Source: Escherichia phage vB_EcoM-RPN242. Taken from it: 64,000 bases of DNA. Each line of letters begins with the position of its first letter. Position 1 is the first letter of the stretch. Of this stretch, positions 48,206-58,434 are shown one piece after another. The translations under genes and the position numbers were made by a program. The DNA is taken from the sequence record OL656110.1; one strand, written 5' to 3'. A model generated the notes under the pieces. That model ran no database searches, had not been told where the DNA came from, and saw nothing but the letters and a program-made list of their open reading frames with translations.

Positions 48206-48664
48206 ATGCCAACCTCCAAATTGTTTGAATCAGAATACACCAATGACATCCCTGTATGGACTGGTGTTCAAGACGGTATCACGATTGAGCTGTTTGATCG
48301 TGAAGAGACAGGCGCGGAAGAGATCTATGCAGGCGTTGAAGGCACTGATGTTGTCCGCGCCGCCGTAGCACTTGCCACCTTCCTGGAAGATGCACCGATT
48401 GATGGTGTGCCGTTCGAGGCGCACGTAGATCCTCAGGATCCGACCTCTATCATCATTACAGTGAATGGGGTGCCATACACTTCATACAGCATCGAGACGG
48501 ACGAAGAAGGCAGTGGAGCGCTGTATATTGCCACCGACCTGCAGCTGGAAGACGATGAGATGGATTATCTGATTCAGAACGGGGTGCTGCCACCGTTTAC
48601 CGATGAAGAACTGGACACGGAACTGGCCGCCGTCGGGGACGACGAAGACTTCTGGGAAGAATAA
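48206..48664 (+). CDS. highly acidic late protein, 152 aa
   Basis: Asp/Glu-rich throughout (EEGSGALYIATDLQLEDDEMDYL...DEELDTELAAVGDDEDFWEE). Confidence 0.55.
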   Translation: MPTSKLFESEYTNDIPVWTGVQDGITIELFDREETGAEEIYAGVEGTDVVRAAVALATFLEDAPIDGVPFEAHVDPQDPTSIIITVNGVPYTSYSIETDEEGSGALYIATDLQLEDDEMDYLIQNGVLPPFTDEELDTELAAVGDDEDFWEE

Positions 48665-48666
48665 GA

Positions 48667-48695
48667 AAAGGGGCTTAACGCCCCTTTCTTTATTT
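48667..48695. terminator. bidirectional terminator GGGGCTTAACGCCCC
   Basis: Between convergent gene ends 48664 (plus) and 48690 (minus); T-run on plus, A-run upstream. Confidence 0.65.
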
Positions 48696-49241
48696 CACCT
48701 TGCGAGTTGGATATTGGTTAAAGAGTTTGCCTAGCTTAGACACGTTGATGATCGTTTGGGTCTTCCAGCGCTGGATCCCTTCCGGGGTAGTCACGGTCAG
48801 GATTGAATGCCCCCAAATGTGGGAACCGTCCAGCACAGCCGCGCTGTGGCTACCAATCTTATCTTCCAGTTTGCAAATGAAAGATTCATACTGATGGGCA
48901 GCGTTGCAACGGGCTTCCTTGATGAACAGACGCTGGCGCTCTGGATCGGCCTTGACGATGTTCGGTGCACCCACTTGATAAGAACGGTTTGGCGGGTTAT
49001 TGTCGGTAGTCAGGCTCATATACAAAGACTGCTTTGCCTTCATGCGATGGTAATCGTGGTGACCCATTCTGATGCCAACAGTTGATGGCCAAGGAGCGCA
49101 CTTCTGAAGATCCCAGCCGTTGGTGGCTAGATCGTCCATCACGTTCTTGATGATTTTGTTCGCGTACTGCTCGGCAGCTTCTTCGGCTTGCGACAACAGA
49201 GGCTCAACAGCGATACGGACAGCAGTTTTTGGTATTGTCAT
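48690..49241 (-). CDS. hypothetical protein, about 183 aa
   Basis: ATG at 49241 with GAAGGG upstream; track start 49295 over-extended. Confidence 0.5.
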   Translation of the reverse strand: MTIPKTAVRIAVEPLLSQAEEAAEQYANKIIKNVMDDLATNGWDLQKCAPWPSTVGIRMGHHDYHRMKAKQSLYMSLTTDNNPPNRSYQVGAPNIVKADPERQRLFIKEARCNAAHQYESFICKLEDKIGSHSAAVLDGSHIWGHSILTVTTPEGIQRWKTQTIINVSKLGKLFNQYPTRKVK

Positions 49242-49287
49242 GATATAGCCCTTCAGTTCAAAGTAAGCCCCCGGAGGGGCTTTGTAA

Positions 49288-49596
49288 TTAGACAAAGATG
49301 AATTTAGAATCTTTGAATGTCAAGCGGGAGCAAACTTCTTCAACCGCGTCAACCACCATAAAATCGTTGAATGCTTTGTGTAGGGCTTTCAGGAAGGAAG
49401 CCGGAACCAGCCCACACGCTGGGTTGTCAAACAAAGCCGAAGAGACGACAGAGTTGAAAGTTGAGTCTGGAGTACAAGACTGGGCAATCATAAGCGCTTC
49501 TGCGTTTCTCACTGCGTGGAACTTAAAGGTAGCAACAACGGTTTCTTTGTTAGATTTAGCCAGTTGTGCTTCAAATTGTTCTTTTGTGATTGCCAT
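49288..49596 (-). CDS. hypothetical protein, about 102 aa
   Basis: ATG at 49596 with GAGAAGGAAA upstream. Confidence 0.45.
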   Translation of the reverse strand: MAITKEQFEAQLAKSNKETVVATFKFHAVRNAEALMIAQSCTPDSTFNSVVSSALFDNPACGLVPASFLKALHKAFNDFMVVDAVEEVCSRLTFKDSKFIFV

Positions 49597-49691
49597 GATG
49601 TATTTCCTTCTCTTCAGATTGTTGTTTGTTCGTACTACAATTAGAAGTATACGCCAGTTATTGAAGAAGTAAACTTTATTCAATAAATATT

Positions 49692-49904
49692 TTAATAAAT
49701 TTTGAACTCCGCTCCTTTATACACCGCCGACCCTCGTTCTATGAGACCGTCTGGGACAATCACCTTTGTCGGCCAACCACCATCGGGAGCCTTAACAGTC
49801 AGGCGCGTCTTATGATCGCCCAGCTGTGTTTGTTCATAGATCCTTCCGCGTACTATCGTCGCCCCGCCCTGGGTGACGAGCAATCTCTTGTTTACCACAT
49901 TCAT
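49692..49904 (-). CDS. hypothetical protein, 70 aa
   Basis: ATG start but weak ribosome-binding site. Confidence 0.35.
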   Translation of the reverse strand: MNVVNKRLLVTQGGATIVRGRIYEQTQLGDHKTRLTVKAPDGGWPTKVIVPDGLIERGSAVYKGAEFKIY

Positions 49905-49946
49905 TCCCTAAACACCAAAAGAAAGGGGAGTTTCCTCCCCTTGAAC

Positions 49947-50519
49947 TTATTTCTTCAGATCAGGCCACGCACCAGAGGTCGCAGTAGACCCAGCTGGGGG
50001 AGCAGACTCAAGATCGGGAGAACCCGACTGAGTAACAACAGTGGGATCTTTCTGTACGACCCGAACCCCAAATTGCTTGAGAGCATCCATAGCTTGGGCT
50101 TTTCGCCTGTTGCTTTTGTAGTGGTTGTAGCCTTTGATACCGAATGATGCACTAATTGCTGTCAATAACGAATAGGTATACCATTCAGGTGCGGTATCTA
50201 GTGCCTGAAGGCCACCGATTACTGCTTTGATGAAATCCCCTTTATGATACTCACCAGGGAACAGAATCAGTTCCACAACCGGAGCAGTCATGACGAGGAT
50301 GGCGGGTATGGCCAACACGATAGTCCAGAATTCGTCTTTCCAAGACCCGCCGACTTCGGTAATCTTAGACAGCTCCCAATCTGAGGAGGACTTGATGGCC
50401 TCCAGCTTGACGTCGTGTTTGGCCTGTACAACTTCCCGCTTATATTGGATCAAATCAGTCCCGAGGTTCCAGAGTTGCTTGAGCGCCCCTGGGATCATAC
50501 CAACGAGGGGGATTGCCAT
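49947..50519 (-). CDS. membrane protein, possibly holin-like
   Basis: About 190 aa from ATG 50519 (AAGGAG upstream); two to three hydrophobic segments and a charged C-terminus. Confidence 0.5.
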   Translation of the reverse strand: MAIPLVGMIPGALKQLWNLGTDLIQYKREVVQAKHDVKLEAIKSSSDWELSKITEVGGSWKDEFWTIVLAIPAILVMTAPVVELILFPGEYHKGDFIKAVIGGLQALDTAPEWYTYSLLTAISASFGIKGYNHYKSNRRKAQAMDALKQFGVRVVQKDPTVVTQSGSPDLESAPPAGSTATSGAWPDLKK

Positions 50520-50598
50520 AATAAACTCCTTGGTCAATGAATGGCTCTATGGTTAAATATGCCCACGTGCTAACGGCACGGATAACCTGGAGAATTAC

Positions 50599-52016
50599 AT
50601 GACCGTCTTCTATACGAACGTTGCCCGCCGGGGCAATGACCTGTTGATTCGAATCGCAGATGACATGGGTAATCGCCGTCTGTTGAAAAAGAAATTCGAA
50701 CCCACTCTCTATTTACCCACGGCTGATTATTCAAATGTTGAAAAGGTCGGCCTGCTCAACGAACCCCTGGTCTCCAAGAAGTTCCCTGACATGCGCACTG
50801 CTGACAACTACCTTGAAGAGTACAAGGAAGTCCAGGGTGCAGCCATTTACGGGCAGACCGATTATGCATACCAGTTCATCGCCCATAGCTTTCCTGGAAA
50901 GATTGAGCCGGATTACTCCAACATCCATATTGCTAACCTCGATATCGAAGTGTTCTCCGCCGGGTGGAAAGATGGAAAGATGACCAAAGGTCCATTCCCT
51001 CACCCAACCATTGAGCAGCAGACGTTCAAAGGGAATGAGGCGCGCATTCGCCGCTTCCATCAGCAGGTACTGGCCAACCATGACTTCATCCGTGAGCACT
51101 TTCCCAGTTCCTTTATCAGCAACAACGTCACTGATCAGTTCCCTATCATTGACAGCAACGGTAAGATCACCCAAGACATGAATGCGGCGTTCCCCATTAC
51201 CCTGATCCAGCTTCAGGACATGGCGACCAATAAGTTCATGGTGTGGGGTATGCCGTGCGCGAAGGATCGTGCGAAGTTCAGATACGATCCAGAAGACGCG
51301 GAGATCGGTGGACTTGAGGTGGAGTACAAGGAGTTTGTCACCGAGCAGGATCTGCTGCGATCTTTCCTTGACTTCTGGTCACAGCGTCAGTTCGACGGCT
51401 GGACAGGCTGGAACATTGAGACGTTTGATAGCCCTTATCTTGTTGAGCGCATGAATCAGGTTCTGGGTGAGGCTGAAACGTCGCGCCTCAGTCCTTGGGG
51501 TATCATTAAGAAGCGTATCATTCGCGATAAGAAGGGCGATATCACGACGTATCAGTTCGTGGGTTGCCCTATGCTCGATTATATGCAGATCTACAAGAAA
51601 CACACGTACACCACCCGTGAACGCTACTCTCTTGACTGGATTGCGTATTGTGAGCTGGGTGAGAAGAAGATGGACTACAGTGAGAGCAAGTCGCTCTTTG
51701 ATCTGTACTTCAACGACTACTGCAAACACACCCGATATGGTATCAAAGACGTTAAGCTGGTATGGCGACTTGAACAGAAGCTGCGCCTGCTCCAGCTGAT
51801 GTTCGTCCTGGCCTACCGCACCAAGTCCAACTATGAGGACGGCCTGGGTACTGTGGCTCCGTGGCTGGCCATGTGCTATTATCGCCTGTATGAGAAGGGG
51901 ATAGTGCCTAAGATCCAGCGTGTATACGATGGTCCGACCGACTTTGAGGGTGCATACGTCATGGATGTGACACCAGGAATCTACTTCTGGGTCTTCTCTG
52001 AGGACTTGAACTCCCT
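50599..52016 (+). CDS. DNA polymerase, family B, exon 1 (N-terminal and exonuclease region up to motif A)
   Basis: N-terminus MTVFYTNVARRGNDLLIRI... resembles T4 gp43; frame ends at ...SEDLNSL, the first half of motif A. Confidence 0.85.
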
Positions 52017-53199
52017 TAAGTTAGCAGCATAGGGGCTTTGGTTGGCGACAACCATCGAATAACTCTCTTAATTGCTGGGAAGTCTCTTTAGAGATAATCA
52101 GCAGCCAAGGTCGGCCACGAAGACCTAAATACTCTGTAACCACGGTGAAGGAGTAAGGTCATGAAGGAAATCAAGAGTCTGTTCTATCGAAATGATTTGG
52201 TAATTGAAGAATCTAAGATAGAAGAATATTTGAAGTTCTGTAAGGAACACAGTTATGATGGTGATGGATACAGTGAACGCCATCATATACTGCCTCAGGC
52301 GCATTATCCTGAGTTCTCTAAAGAAGAATGGAACATTGTAAACCTGTTATATAAAGATCATGTAGAGGCTCATCGCCTGTTGCATGAAGCATTACCAGAA
52401 GATAAATCAGCGTTCTTCGCCTACTTCATGATGAAATCCCATAACGGGGAACTAAGTGAGGAATTGAGAAGAAAGAATGTTGAAATGCTGACGGGAGAGG
52501 GAAATCCTTCGAAGAGGGAAGATGTCAGAAGAAAGATATCCAAATCTAAGAAGGGTGTTAGAAGAGCAGATATGAAGGGTAAGGCTTATTTCGGCGCTGA
52601 TAAAGAAACAGCTGAAAGAATTAAAGCCAATTCCAGTCTTGTTCACAAAGGCACTGTCCCCGTAAGACTCCTGGATGGTAGTGTTATCAAAGTTTCAACG
52701 CAAGACCCGAGATATTTGAGTGGTGAGTTGAAATGTATAATAGGTGCAAAGAAAGGTCAGGTGGGACCAAACACCGACCCAAAAGCGAAGAAGAAATTTA
52801 AAGATTCTTTAGAGAAAAGGAAGGAAATGTTTGCCAGAATGAGTGGGGAAGAAATAACCACTCATTGCTTGACACAACAGGATTTAGGTAAGAAGACTGT
52901 AGAGTGGGGCAAGTTGGCAAGAAACTTCAAACGACTCTTTGGTTACGCTGGGTTAAACCCAGATGATTTCCTTGAAGTAGTGGGTGACAAGGTTCAACGA
53001 CTATCGAAAGCAAGACCGACGACTAAGCGTCTGATCTGAAGCGAGTAGAGTAGGGGCAAGCGCCTCGAAATGGAGAGAATCTCTAGACAGTTCTGGAGAT
53101 TGTGATATAGTCTGGCCTGTATGGTGACATACAGCAGTGTTCGGTAAACTGAATGACGAACACGGGGGATGAAATAGCGAGCATCCCTGAACATAAGCG
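52017..53199 (+). mobile_element. group I intron carrying an HNH homing endonuclease gene
   Basis: R-like element GTTCAACGACTA at 52992-53003 and S-like GATATAGTC at 53104-53112; 5' exon ends in U, intron ends in G; splicing gives DLNSL|YPHIIQQYNLGPETI. Confidence 0.7.
52161..53039 (+). CDS. HNH homing endonuclease (intron-encoded)
   Basis: ERHHILPQ...NIVNLLYKDHVEAHRLLHE is an HNH motif; GGAG upstream; 3' end overlaps the intron core. Confidence 0.8.
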   Translation: MKEIKSLFYRNDLVIEESKIEEYLKFCKEHSYDGDGYSERHHILPQAHYPEFSKEEWNIVNLLYKDHVEAHRLLHEALPEDKSAFFAYFMMKSHNGELSEELRRKNVEMLTGEGNPSKREDVRRKISKSKKGVRRADMKGKAYFGADKETAERIKANSSLVHKGTVPVRLLDGSVIKVSTQDPRYLSGELKCIIGAKKGQVGPNTDPKAKKKFKDSLEKRKEMFARMSGEEITTHCLTQQDLGKKTVEWGKLARNFKRLFGYAGLNPDDFLEVVGDKVQRLSKARPTTKRLI

Positions 53200-54781
53200 A
53201 TATCCACACATCATTCAGCAATACAACCTCGGTCCAGAGACTATCGTTGGCGACAAACACCAGCGCCGCGAGATTATTGAGGCTATGTGTGAAGAGCTGG
53301 CTGCTCAGATGAATAACATGGCAACGCCGATGCACAAACGTCGGTTGATGAAAGCCCTTCACGACAAGCTGTTGCGTGCGGTTGACGAACGCCTGCAGGT
53401 TGTTGATGAGTTGGTTGCCCTGGGTGAGTTCCACTTTGAAACCCTGCGCCGCTACAACGTGTCGTTCACGCCGAACGTTCAATTCTTCAGCAACGAGAAG
53501 ATGTCGTTCCTGTCTGAAATCATGCGTGGTATCTACAGCGACCGTAAAGTAGAGAAGGCCAAGGGTCTGAAGTATGAGCAGTGGGCTGGCTGGTGTAAAG
53601 AGATGTCGAAGGGCGACTTCCATCTTGAGTCTGCCATGAAGTCTCGCTACTATGACCCAGAGTGGTATGAAGAGCACAAGAACATTGATCTTGATGCCCT
53701 GACCGAAGTGATGAAGAAGTGGGAAGACCTGGGCGTCGCTCAAGATACCCTACAGCAAGGTCTGAAGATCTTGATGAACGCAGGTTATGGCGCTATCTCA
53801 AACGTCTGGTTCAAAGAGTACTTCAACCTCAACATTGCCGAAGCCATCACCACATCCGGTCAGCTGATCAACAAGTGGAACAAGCGTTACACTGATGACT
53901 ATCTGAACAAGCTGTGTGGTACAACAGGCCAGGACTTCGTCATCGCAGGGGATACCGACTCCAACTACATCTGTATTGAGCGTCTTGTCAAGCAGTTGTG
54001 GCCTGATGTTACTGACCATCATGCTATGGTTGATAATATCGACCAATGGATCAAAGACAACTACCAGCCGAAGACCAATGAGTGGGCACAGCTTCTGTGT
54101 AACACCATGAACGGATTTGAACAGCGCATGGTGTGGGAGCGTGAGGTCATTGCGTCAGCCGCTGTCTGGCGAGCCAAGAAGATGTATGCCATGGCCGTGT
54201 ACGACAGTGAGGGTATCAAGTATGAGAAGCCGAAGATCAAGTTCAAAGGTCTGGAAGCCCGCAAGTCCACCACGCCGGAATGGTGTCGTGAGCGCCTTGT
54301 CAAGTGCTATGAGAAGATCCTACTCGGCACCGAAGAGGAAGTACAGACGCTCATCTCCCAGTACAAAGAGGAGTATATGAAACTCTCTGTAGACGATATC
54401 GCCAAGGCGTCAGGCGTGTCCGACATAGAGAAGTGTGTGGCTGCTGACGGATCGTTTATATCTGGTGCTCATTTTGCTGCCAAGGCGTGTGTGGGCTACA
54501 ACCGTCTGGTTGAGAAGAACGAAGATCTGGGTCTACCGATGATCGAGTCGGGTGATAAGGTACAGATGGTGTTGTTGAAGCCGGGCAACCCGTTTGGGCA
54601 GAACTACTTTGCATATCCTGAGTTCTTCCCAGAGGAGCTTGGTCTGGGCAAATGGGTGGATTATCAGGCGGCCTTTGAGAAGTCCTTCATTGATCCGATT
54701 CAGTCTATCCTCGACGTGGTCGGCTGGTCACACAAGCGCCGTGTGAACCTTCTTGCCATGATGCAAAAGAAGAAAGGTTGA
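53200..54781 (+). CDS. DNA polymerase, family B, exon 2 (motif A second half, motif C, thumb)
   Basis: Begins ...YPHIIQQYNLGPETI; contains VIAGDTDSNYI (motif C). The track's ATG at 53153 lies inside the intron. Confidence 0.85.
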
Positions 54782-54843
54782 TTCAATAAACCAAAGGGGG
54801 ATATAATTCCCCCTGTTAACCCTTTGACAAACAGGTGATTGAA

Positions 54844-55185
54844 ATGAAACTCAATAAGATTCTTCTGGTGTGCGCTCTGGCTTTCTCTACCACTGCGTGT
54901 TCCACCCTTCTGGACGTTGCGTCTACTGTAGACCTTGACGCGCCGACGTTCACCAATGAGCAGGCCGTGTCCAAGATGGAAGACACCATCAAGGCGCATG
55001 CAGCACTGGACAACACTACCCCAGGTCCGCTCCAAACTGTCTGCAACTATGACGATTCCATCCAGGAAGACGAAACTTACCACTGCATCACCTACGTGAA
55101 GCAGGCCTCCGTCGTTCTGTATGCAGATTGTACCGAAGAACAGTGTGTTGCTACAGGCTACGATAAAGTTGAGGAAGACAAATGA
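54844..55185 (+). CDS. putative lipoprotein, about 113 aa
   Basis: MKLNKILLVCALAFSTTAC signal peptide with lipobox-like TTAC; AGGTGA upstream; track start is a GTG at 54835. Confidence 0.5.
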   Translation: MKLNKILLVCALAFSTTACSTLLDVASTVDLDAPTFTNEQAVSKMEDTIKAHAALDNTTPGPLQTVCNYDDSIQEDETYHCITYVKQASVVLYADCTEEQCVATGYDKVEEDK

Positions 55186-55961
55186 ACAACCTGGTTTGTA
55201 TCTATGATATGAAATCAAAGGTCGGTGGCCTGTATCGCGTCCTCGTGGATGTTGACCTGACGTTGGTCGACAGCCTCTCCCCTTGGGTGCAGTGGTTTAA
55301 CGAAGAGAACATCGCCGCCGCTGCTACCGCTACGGGGGAACATAAGTCATACCAGTTCCAGCCGATTACCAAAGAGTGTTATATGTCCCATGCTGGCGAC
55401 CTGGCTATTCTGATGCGTGAACGTGCGCATCCGGCGTGGCTATACCATGAAGTCCAATTGGGGATGCACAAACAACGTGTGCCAAGCGGTAACGATCCTA
55501 TGGACTGGTGGCGTCGCCCTGACTTGTACGCCAAGATGAACCCACTTCCTGGTGCTTACGAGTTCCTGGTAAATCTGAAGAAGATTCTGCTCGAAGACTT
55601 TGACAATGTTGAATTCATCGCAGTGTCCAAGTGTGAGCCGGAACACGAGCGCAGCAAGCGCCAGTTTGTCTACGACAAGTTCCCTGGTATCTTCAACGGG
55701 TTTGTCAGCACCGACGAAAAGCATCTGCTGGCTGGCGATGTCCTGATTGATGACAATCCGAAGTATGTCGAGCCATGCGGTCTGAACAACATCTTCGTCA
55801 TCTTTGTTCCTCAGGGTAATTATGAAAAACTGGATCTTTCGAATTCGGAAGACATGCTTTATATTAAACCAGTAGAAGGCCAGAACCACTTCGACTTCCT
55901 GAACCACAATATTGTCGAAGTGGTTAACCGCCTGATTAGTCATTATCAATACGTCCGATAG
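55182..55961 (+). CDS. HAD-superfamily hydrolase-like protein (possible nucleotidase)
   Basis: LVDVDLTLVDS resembles HAD motif I (DxDxT/V); ATGA overlap with the upstream stop. Confidence 0.45.
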   Translation: MNNLVCIYDMKSKVGGLYRVLVDVDLTLVDSLSPWVQWFNEENIAAAATATGEHKSYQFQPITKECYMSHAGDLAILMRERAHPAWLYHEVQLGMHKQRVPSGNDPMDWWRRPDLYAKMNPLPGAYEFLVNLKKILLEDFDNVEFIAVSKCEPEHERSKRQFVYDKFPGIFNGFVSTDEKHLLAGDVLIDDNPKYVEPCGLNNIFVIFVPQGNYEKLDLSNSEDMLYIKPVEGQNHFDFLNHNIVEVVNRLISHYQYVR

Positions 55962-55970
55962 GAGGACATC

Positions 55971-56276
55971 GTGCAAGAACAATCCAAGTTTGGGGAAACC
56001 CCAGACAAGCGTTCCGGTGATAGCGACATGGATAGCGTGATTAACCATGTGAACAACTTCATTCGCCAGCAGGAGACTCCAACTCCTATCGGTGCAGCCA
56101 AGGCTCTTCATGATGTACTGGTGAAGATCGGCCAGCGCTCTGAAGCGGATGAAATCTTCTATAACTTCGACGACCAGTATAAAGTTAAGTTTGAAGAGAA
56201 TGGCTGCCCACAGGTTGCTGTGTTCTGGGCACCTTGGCTGGGCGGCGTGAGCTGGCGTATTGAGGATGCTGTGTAA
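55971..56276 (+). CDS. hypothetical protein, 101 aa
   Basis: GTG start with strong AGGAGG 6 nt upstream. Confidence 0.5.
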   Translation: MQEQSKFGETPDKRSGDSDMDSVINHVNNFIRQQETPTPIGAAKALHDVLVKIGQRSEADEIFYNFDDQYKVKFEENGCPQVAVFWAPWLGGVSWRIEDAV

Positions 56277-56962
56277 TGCTGTCGCTTTACCTGATCACGA
56301 ATCTCGTCAATCATAAATTCTATATCGGTGTCACCTCAGAACCGGATAGGCGGTTGGCTGAGCATAAGTGTGGTCAGGGGAGCATTGCATTACAACGAGC
56401 GTTCAAGAAATACGGTGAAGACCAGTTCAAGTTTGAAGTTCTGTTCCGAGGGAAAGATTCGGTTATCCTTCAGATAGAGTCTGAACTGGTCTGCCAGGAG
56501 ATCCTTGACTCTGGGTGGTGCTACAACATGGTCGTCGGGGGTGGGAAGCCTCCATTGGCCACGCCTAATTCATCCGCAAAGAGTGCTGCAACCCGCAAAC
56601 GTTTGATCGCTGAGGGTAAGATCAAGCCACCTCCCCGCATATCGGCTGAGTCACAAAGAAAGGGTGGTGAAACCAGAAGGAAACTGATTTCCGAGGGAGT
56701 GATAAAGAAGCCATTACCTCCACCTTCAAAAGCCCAGAGGCGAGCAGGTGAGACAAGGAAACAGTTGCATGCTCTTGGCCTGATAGACATTGGTCCTGGC
56801 CGCGATGAAACGATTTACAAATGGCAGCACAAAGATGGTCGCATTGTTGAGTTAAGAAGATGCGATATGGAACTTCAATATGGCCTCCCTTCTGGTAATA
56901 TAACGAATCTCTTGAAAGGTAGGGCTAAAACATGTCTCGGTTGGAGAATAATGAATGGCTAA
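56276..56962 (+). CDS. GIY-YIG homing endonuclease with C-terminal NUMOD-like repeats
   Basis: LYLITNLVNHKFYIGVT...RRLAEH; three repeats of TRK.L...G.I; paralogous to 13218..13931. Confidence 0.8.
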   Translation: MLSLYLITNLVNHKFYIGVTSEPDRRLAEHKCGQGSIALQRAFKKYGEDQFKFEVLFRGKDSVILQIESELVCQEILDSGWCYNMVVGGGKPPLATPNSSAKSAATRKRLIAEGKIKPPPRISAESQRKGGETRRKLISEGVIKKPLPPPSKAQRRAGETRKQLHALGLIDIGPGRDETIYKWQHKDGRIVELRRCDMELQYGLPSGNITNLLKGRAKTCLGWRIMNG

Positions 56963-57860
56963 AATAATTGTAGTGAAGGGAACAAGTGGCGTGGGTAAGG
57001 GTACGAGAGTGGTCCAGTTCATCGAATGGCTGCGCACTAAGCTGGAGCCTACCGAACTGACCTACACCGTTGGTGACAAGACTCGCCCGTTTGGCTTGAA
57101 GTTCGGAGAGCTGAAGTTAATCTTCGTTGGACAGTACACCGTGTCTAACAAATCCGGCCTGGCTTCCTGGACTTCAATGGATGCAATCCATGCTGCTACA
57201 GGCTCAGGCGATATTGCTCGTGATCTAATCAAGTGCTGGTTGGTTCAGGGATACACTCTGGTGTGCGAGGGAGAACCTCTCATGCTATCGGACAAATGGC
57301 GTCCTGAATGGATGTTCAAGAACTATCCGATTGAATCATTGGCGCTGCTGTACTTTGCGTACCCCGACCGCTATCAGTACGATGCTCGTATCCGTGGTCG
57401 CTCTGGTAAAGAAGCAGGGAACTCCGGCTGGTCGCGCAACGAATCTTACTACAAGGAGTTTGAGAAGTCGAAGGCCGAAATGTTGGCACTGGGGTGGAAC
57501 GTTTTGGCAGACGTGTACAGTGGGCAGGATGTTGAGTATACAAAACCTTCTCAGAATGAGTGGGAAATGGATCCACGTAGCGAACTGGCAGTCATGCCGT
57601 TTGATGCCCCTCTTTGGGTTGTCGGGGATGCTATCGCTTATCAGATGGATATCGGCGCGGTTAACCTTGACATCAAAGATTTTTATGCCTACTGTGAAAC
57701 CAATCCAATGACCCGTGAGGTCGGCGGTGATGATCCTTTGGCGCACAGAGTGCCTGAGAAGCCGCAGAAGGCATCCAAAACTAAAACCAAGGCGAGCGCC
57801 CAGCCAGAAGCAACGAAGGCAGCGTCGCGCTCTCTCCTTGACCTGATGAAGAAGGGGTGA
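56955..57860 (+). CDS. P-loop kinase, candidate 5-hydroxymethyl-dU DNA kinase
   Basis: KGTSGVGKGT P-loop (NMP-kinase-like GxxGxGKGT); 301 aa without a HAD motif, so not a T4 Pnk-type kinase/phosphatase. Confidence 0.5.
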   Translation: MAKIIVVKGTSGVGKGTRVVQFIEWLRTKLEPTELTYTVGDKTRPFGLKFGELKLIFVGQYTVSNKSGLASWTSMDAIHAATGSGDIARDLIKCWLVQGYTLVCEGEPLMLSDKWRPEWMFKNYPIESLALLYFAYPDRYQYDARIRGRSGKEAGNSGWSRNESYYKEFEKSKAEMLALGWNVLADVYSGQDVEYTKPSQNEWEMDPRSELAVMPFDAPLWVVGDAIAYQMDIGAVNLDIKDFYAYCETNPMTREVGGDDPLAHRVPEKPQKASKTKTKASAQPEATKAASRSLLDLMKKG

Positions 57861-57862
57861 TC

Positions 57863-58060
57863 ATGAAACGGTTGTCTAATTATCTGTTGTTCATTGGTCT
57901 GGTTATGGCAGCCGTTTCAATGTGTACTGCCCTAGCCTATCATTTCACCCCTCTGGACTTAACAACCTCAGAGAAGTTGAACGTGACTGTGATGTACTGT
58001 ATTGGCGCGGTGATGTCTATCGGCGCTGCTGGTTACAAAATATTCAAGGAACCAAAATGA
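57863..58060 (+). CDS. small two-helix membrane protein, 65 aa
   Basis: ATG at 57863 with AAGGGGTG upstream; two hydrophobic segments. Confidence 0.45.
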   Translation: MKRLSNYLLFIGLVMAAVSMCTALAYHFTPLDLTTSEKLNVTVMYCIGAVMSIGAAGYKIFKEPK

Positions 58061-58434
58061 AAATTCAAATCCCTCGCGATGCTGTGGCTGTTGCGATCGA
58101 CTACACCGGAAACGCCAAGCACATTACTGCCGTGCGCCTGATTCCTGAAAAGAACTGCGTCATCCCTCAGTTCCAGCTGAATGCCAATCCGTCGTCCAAA
58201 GACTTCGGAAAGTGGTTGCAGGCTGCTCCGTTCCGTACCCAGACGAACGCTCAGATGTTCATCTCGGGTAAGACCCACACTGCAGCCCGTCTGTGGTTCG
58301 TGACCGCTGACCGTCGCTTTGTCGATATGTGGGAACGTCCGATGGGGTTCGTGAAGCCGGAAGATATTCAGCTGGCTCCTGAGCCTGAAGCTGTGGCTCC
58401 TGAAGAGGAAGCGAAAGATGCATCATTTATCTAA
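58057..58434 (+). CDS. hypothetical protein, about 125 aa
   Basis: ATGA overlap with the upstream stop; track ORF 57922..58434 is over-extended. Confidence 0.45.
   Translation: MKIQIPRDAVAVAIDYTGNAKHITAVRLIPEKNCVIPQFQLNANPSSKDFGKWLQAAPFRTQTNAQMFISGKTHTAARLWFVTADRRFVDMWERPMGFVKPEDIQLAPEPEAVAPEEEAKDASFI

Noticed and set aside
50555-50575. TAAATATGCCC upstream of the polymerase gene as a late promoter
   Set aside because: Lacks the leading C and the CCCC run of the late consensus; the polymerase is expected to be an early or middle gene.
53153-54781. Track ORF presented as an independent 542-aa gene starting at ATG 53153
   Set aside because: Its first 16 codons lie inside the intron after the S element; the frame is the second polymerase exon beginning at 53200, and the ATG is incidental.
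50599-54781. Polymerase as two separately translated polypeptides split by a free-standing HNH gene
   Set aside because: Considered because such splits exist in T4 relatives, but the break falls inside motif A and R/S-like intron elements plus U/G splice-site rules are satisfied, so an intron is more parsimonious. Not fully excluded.
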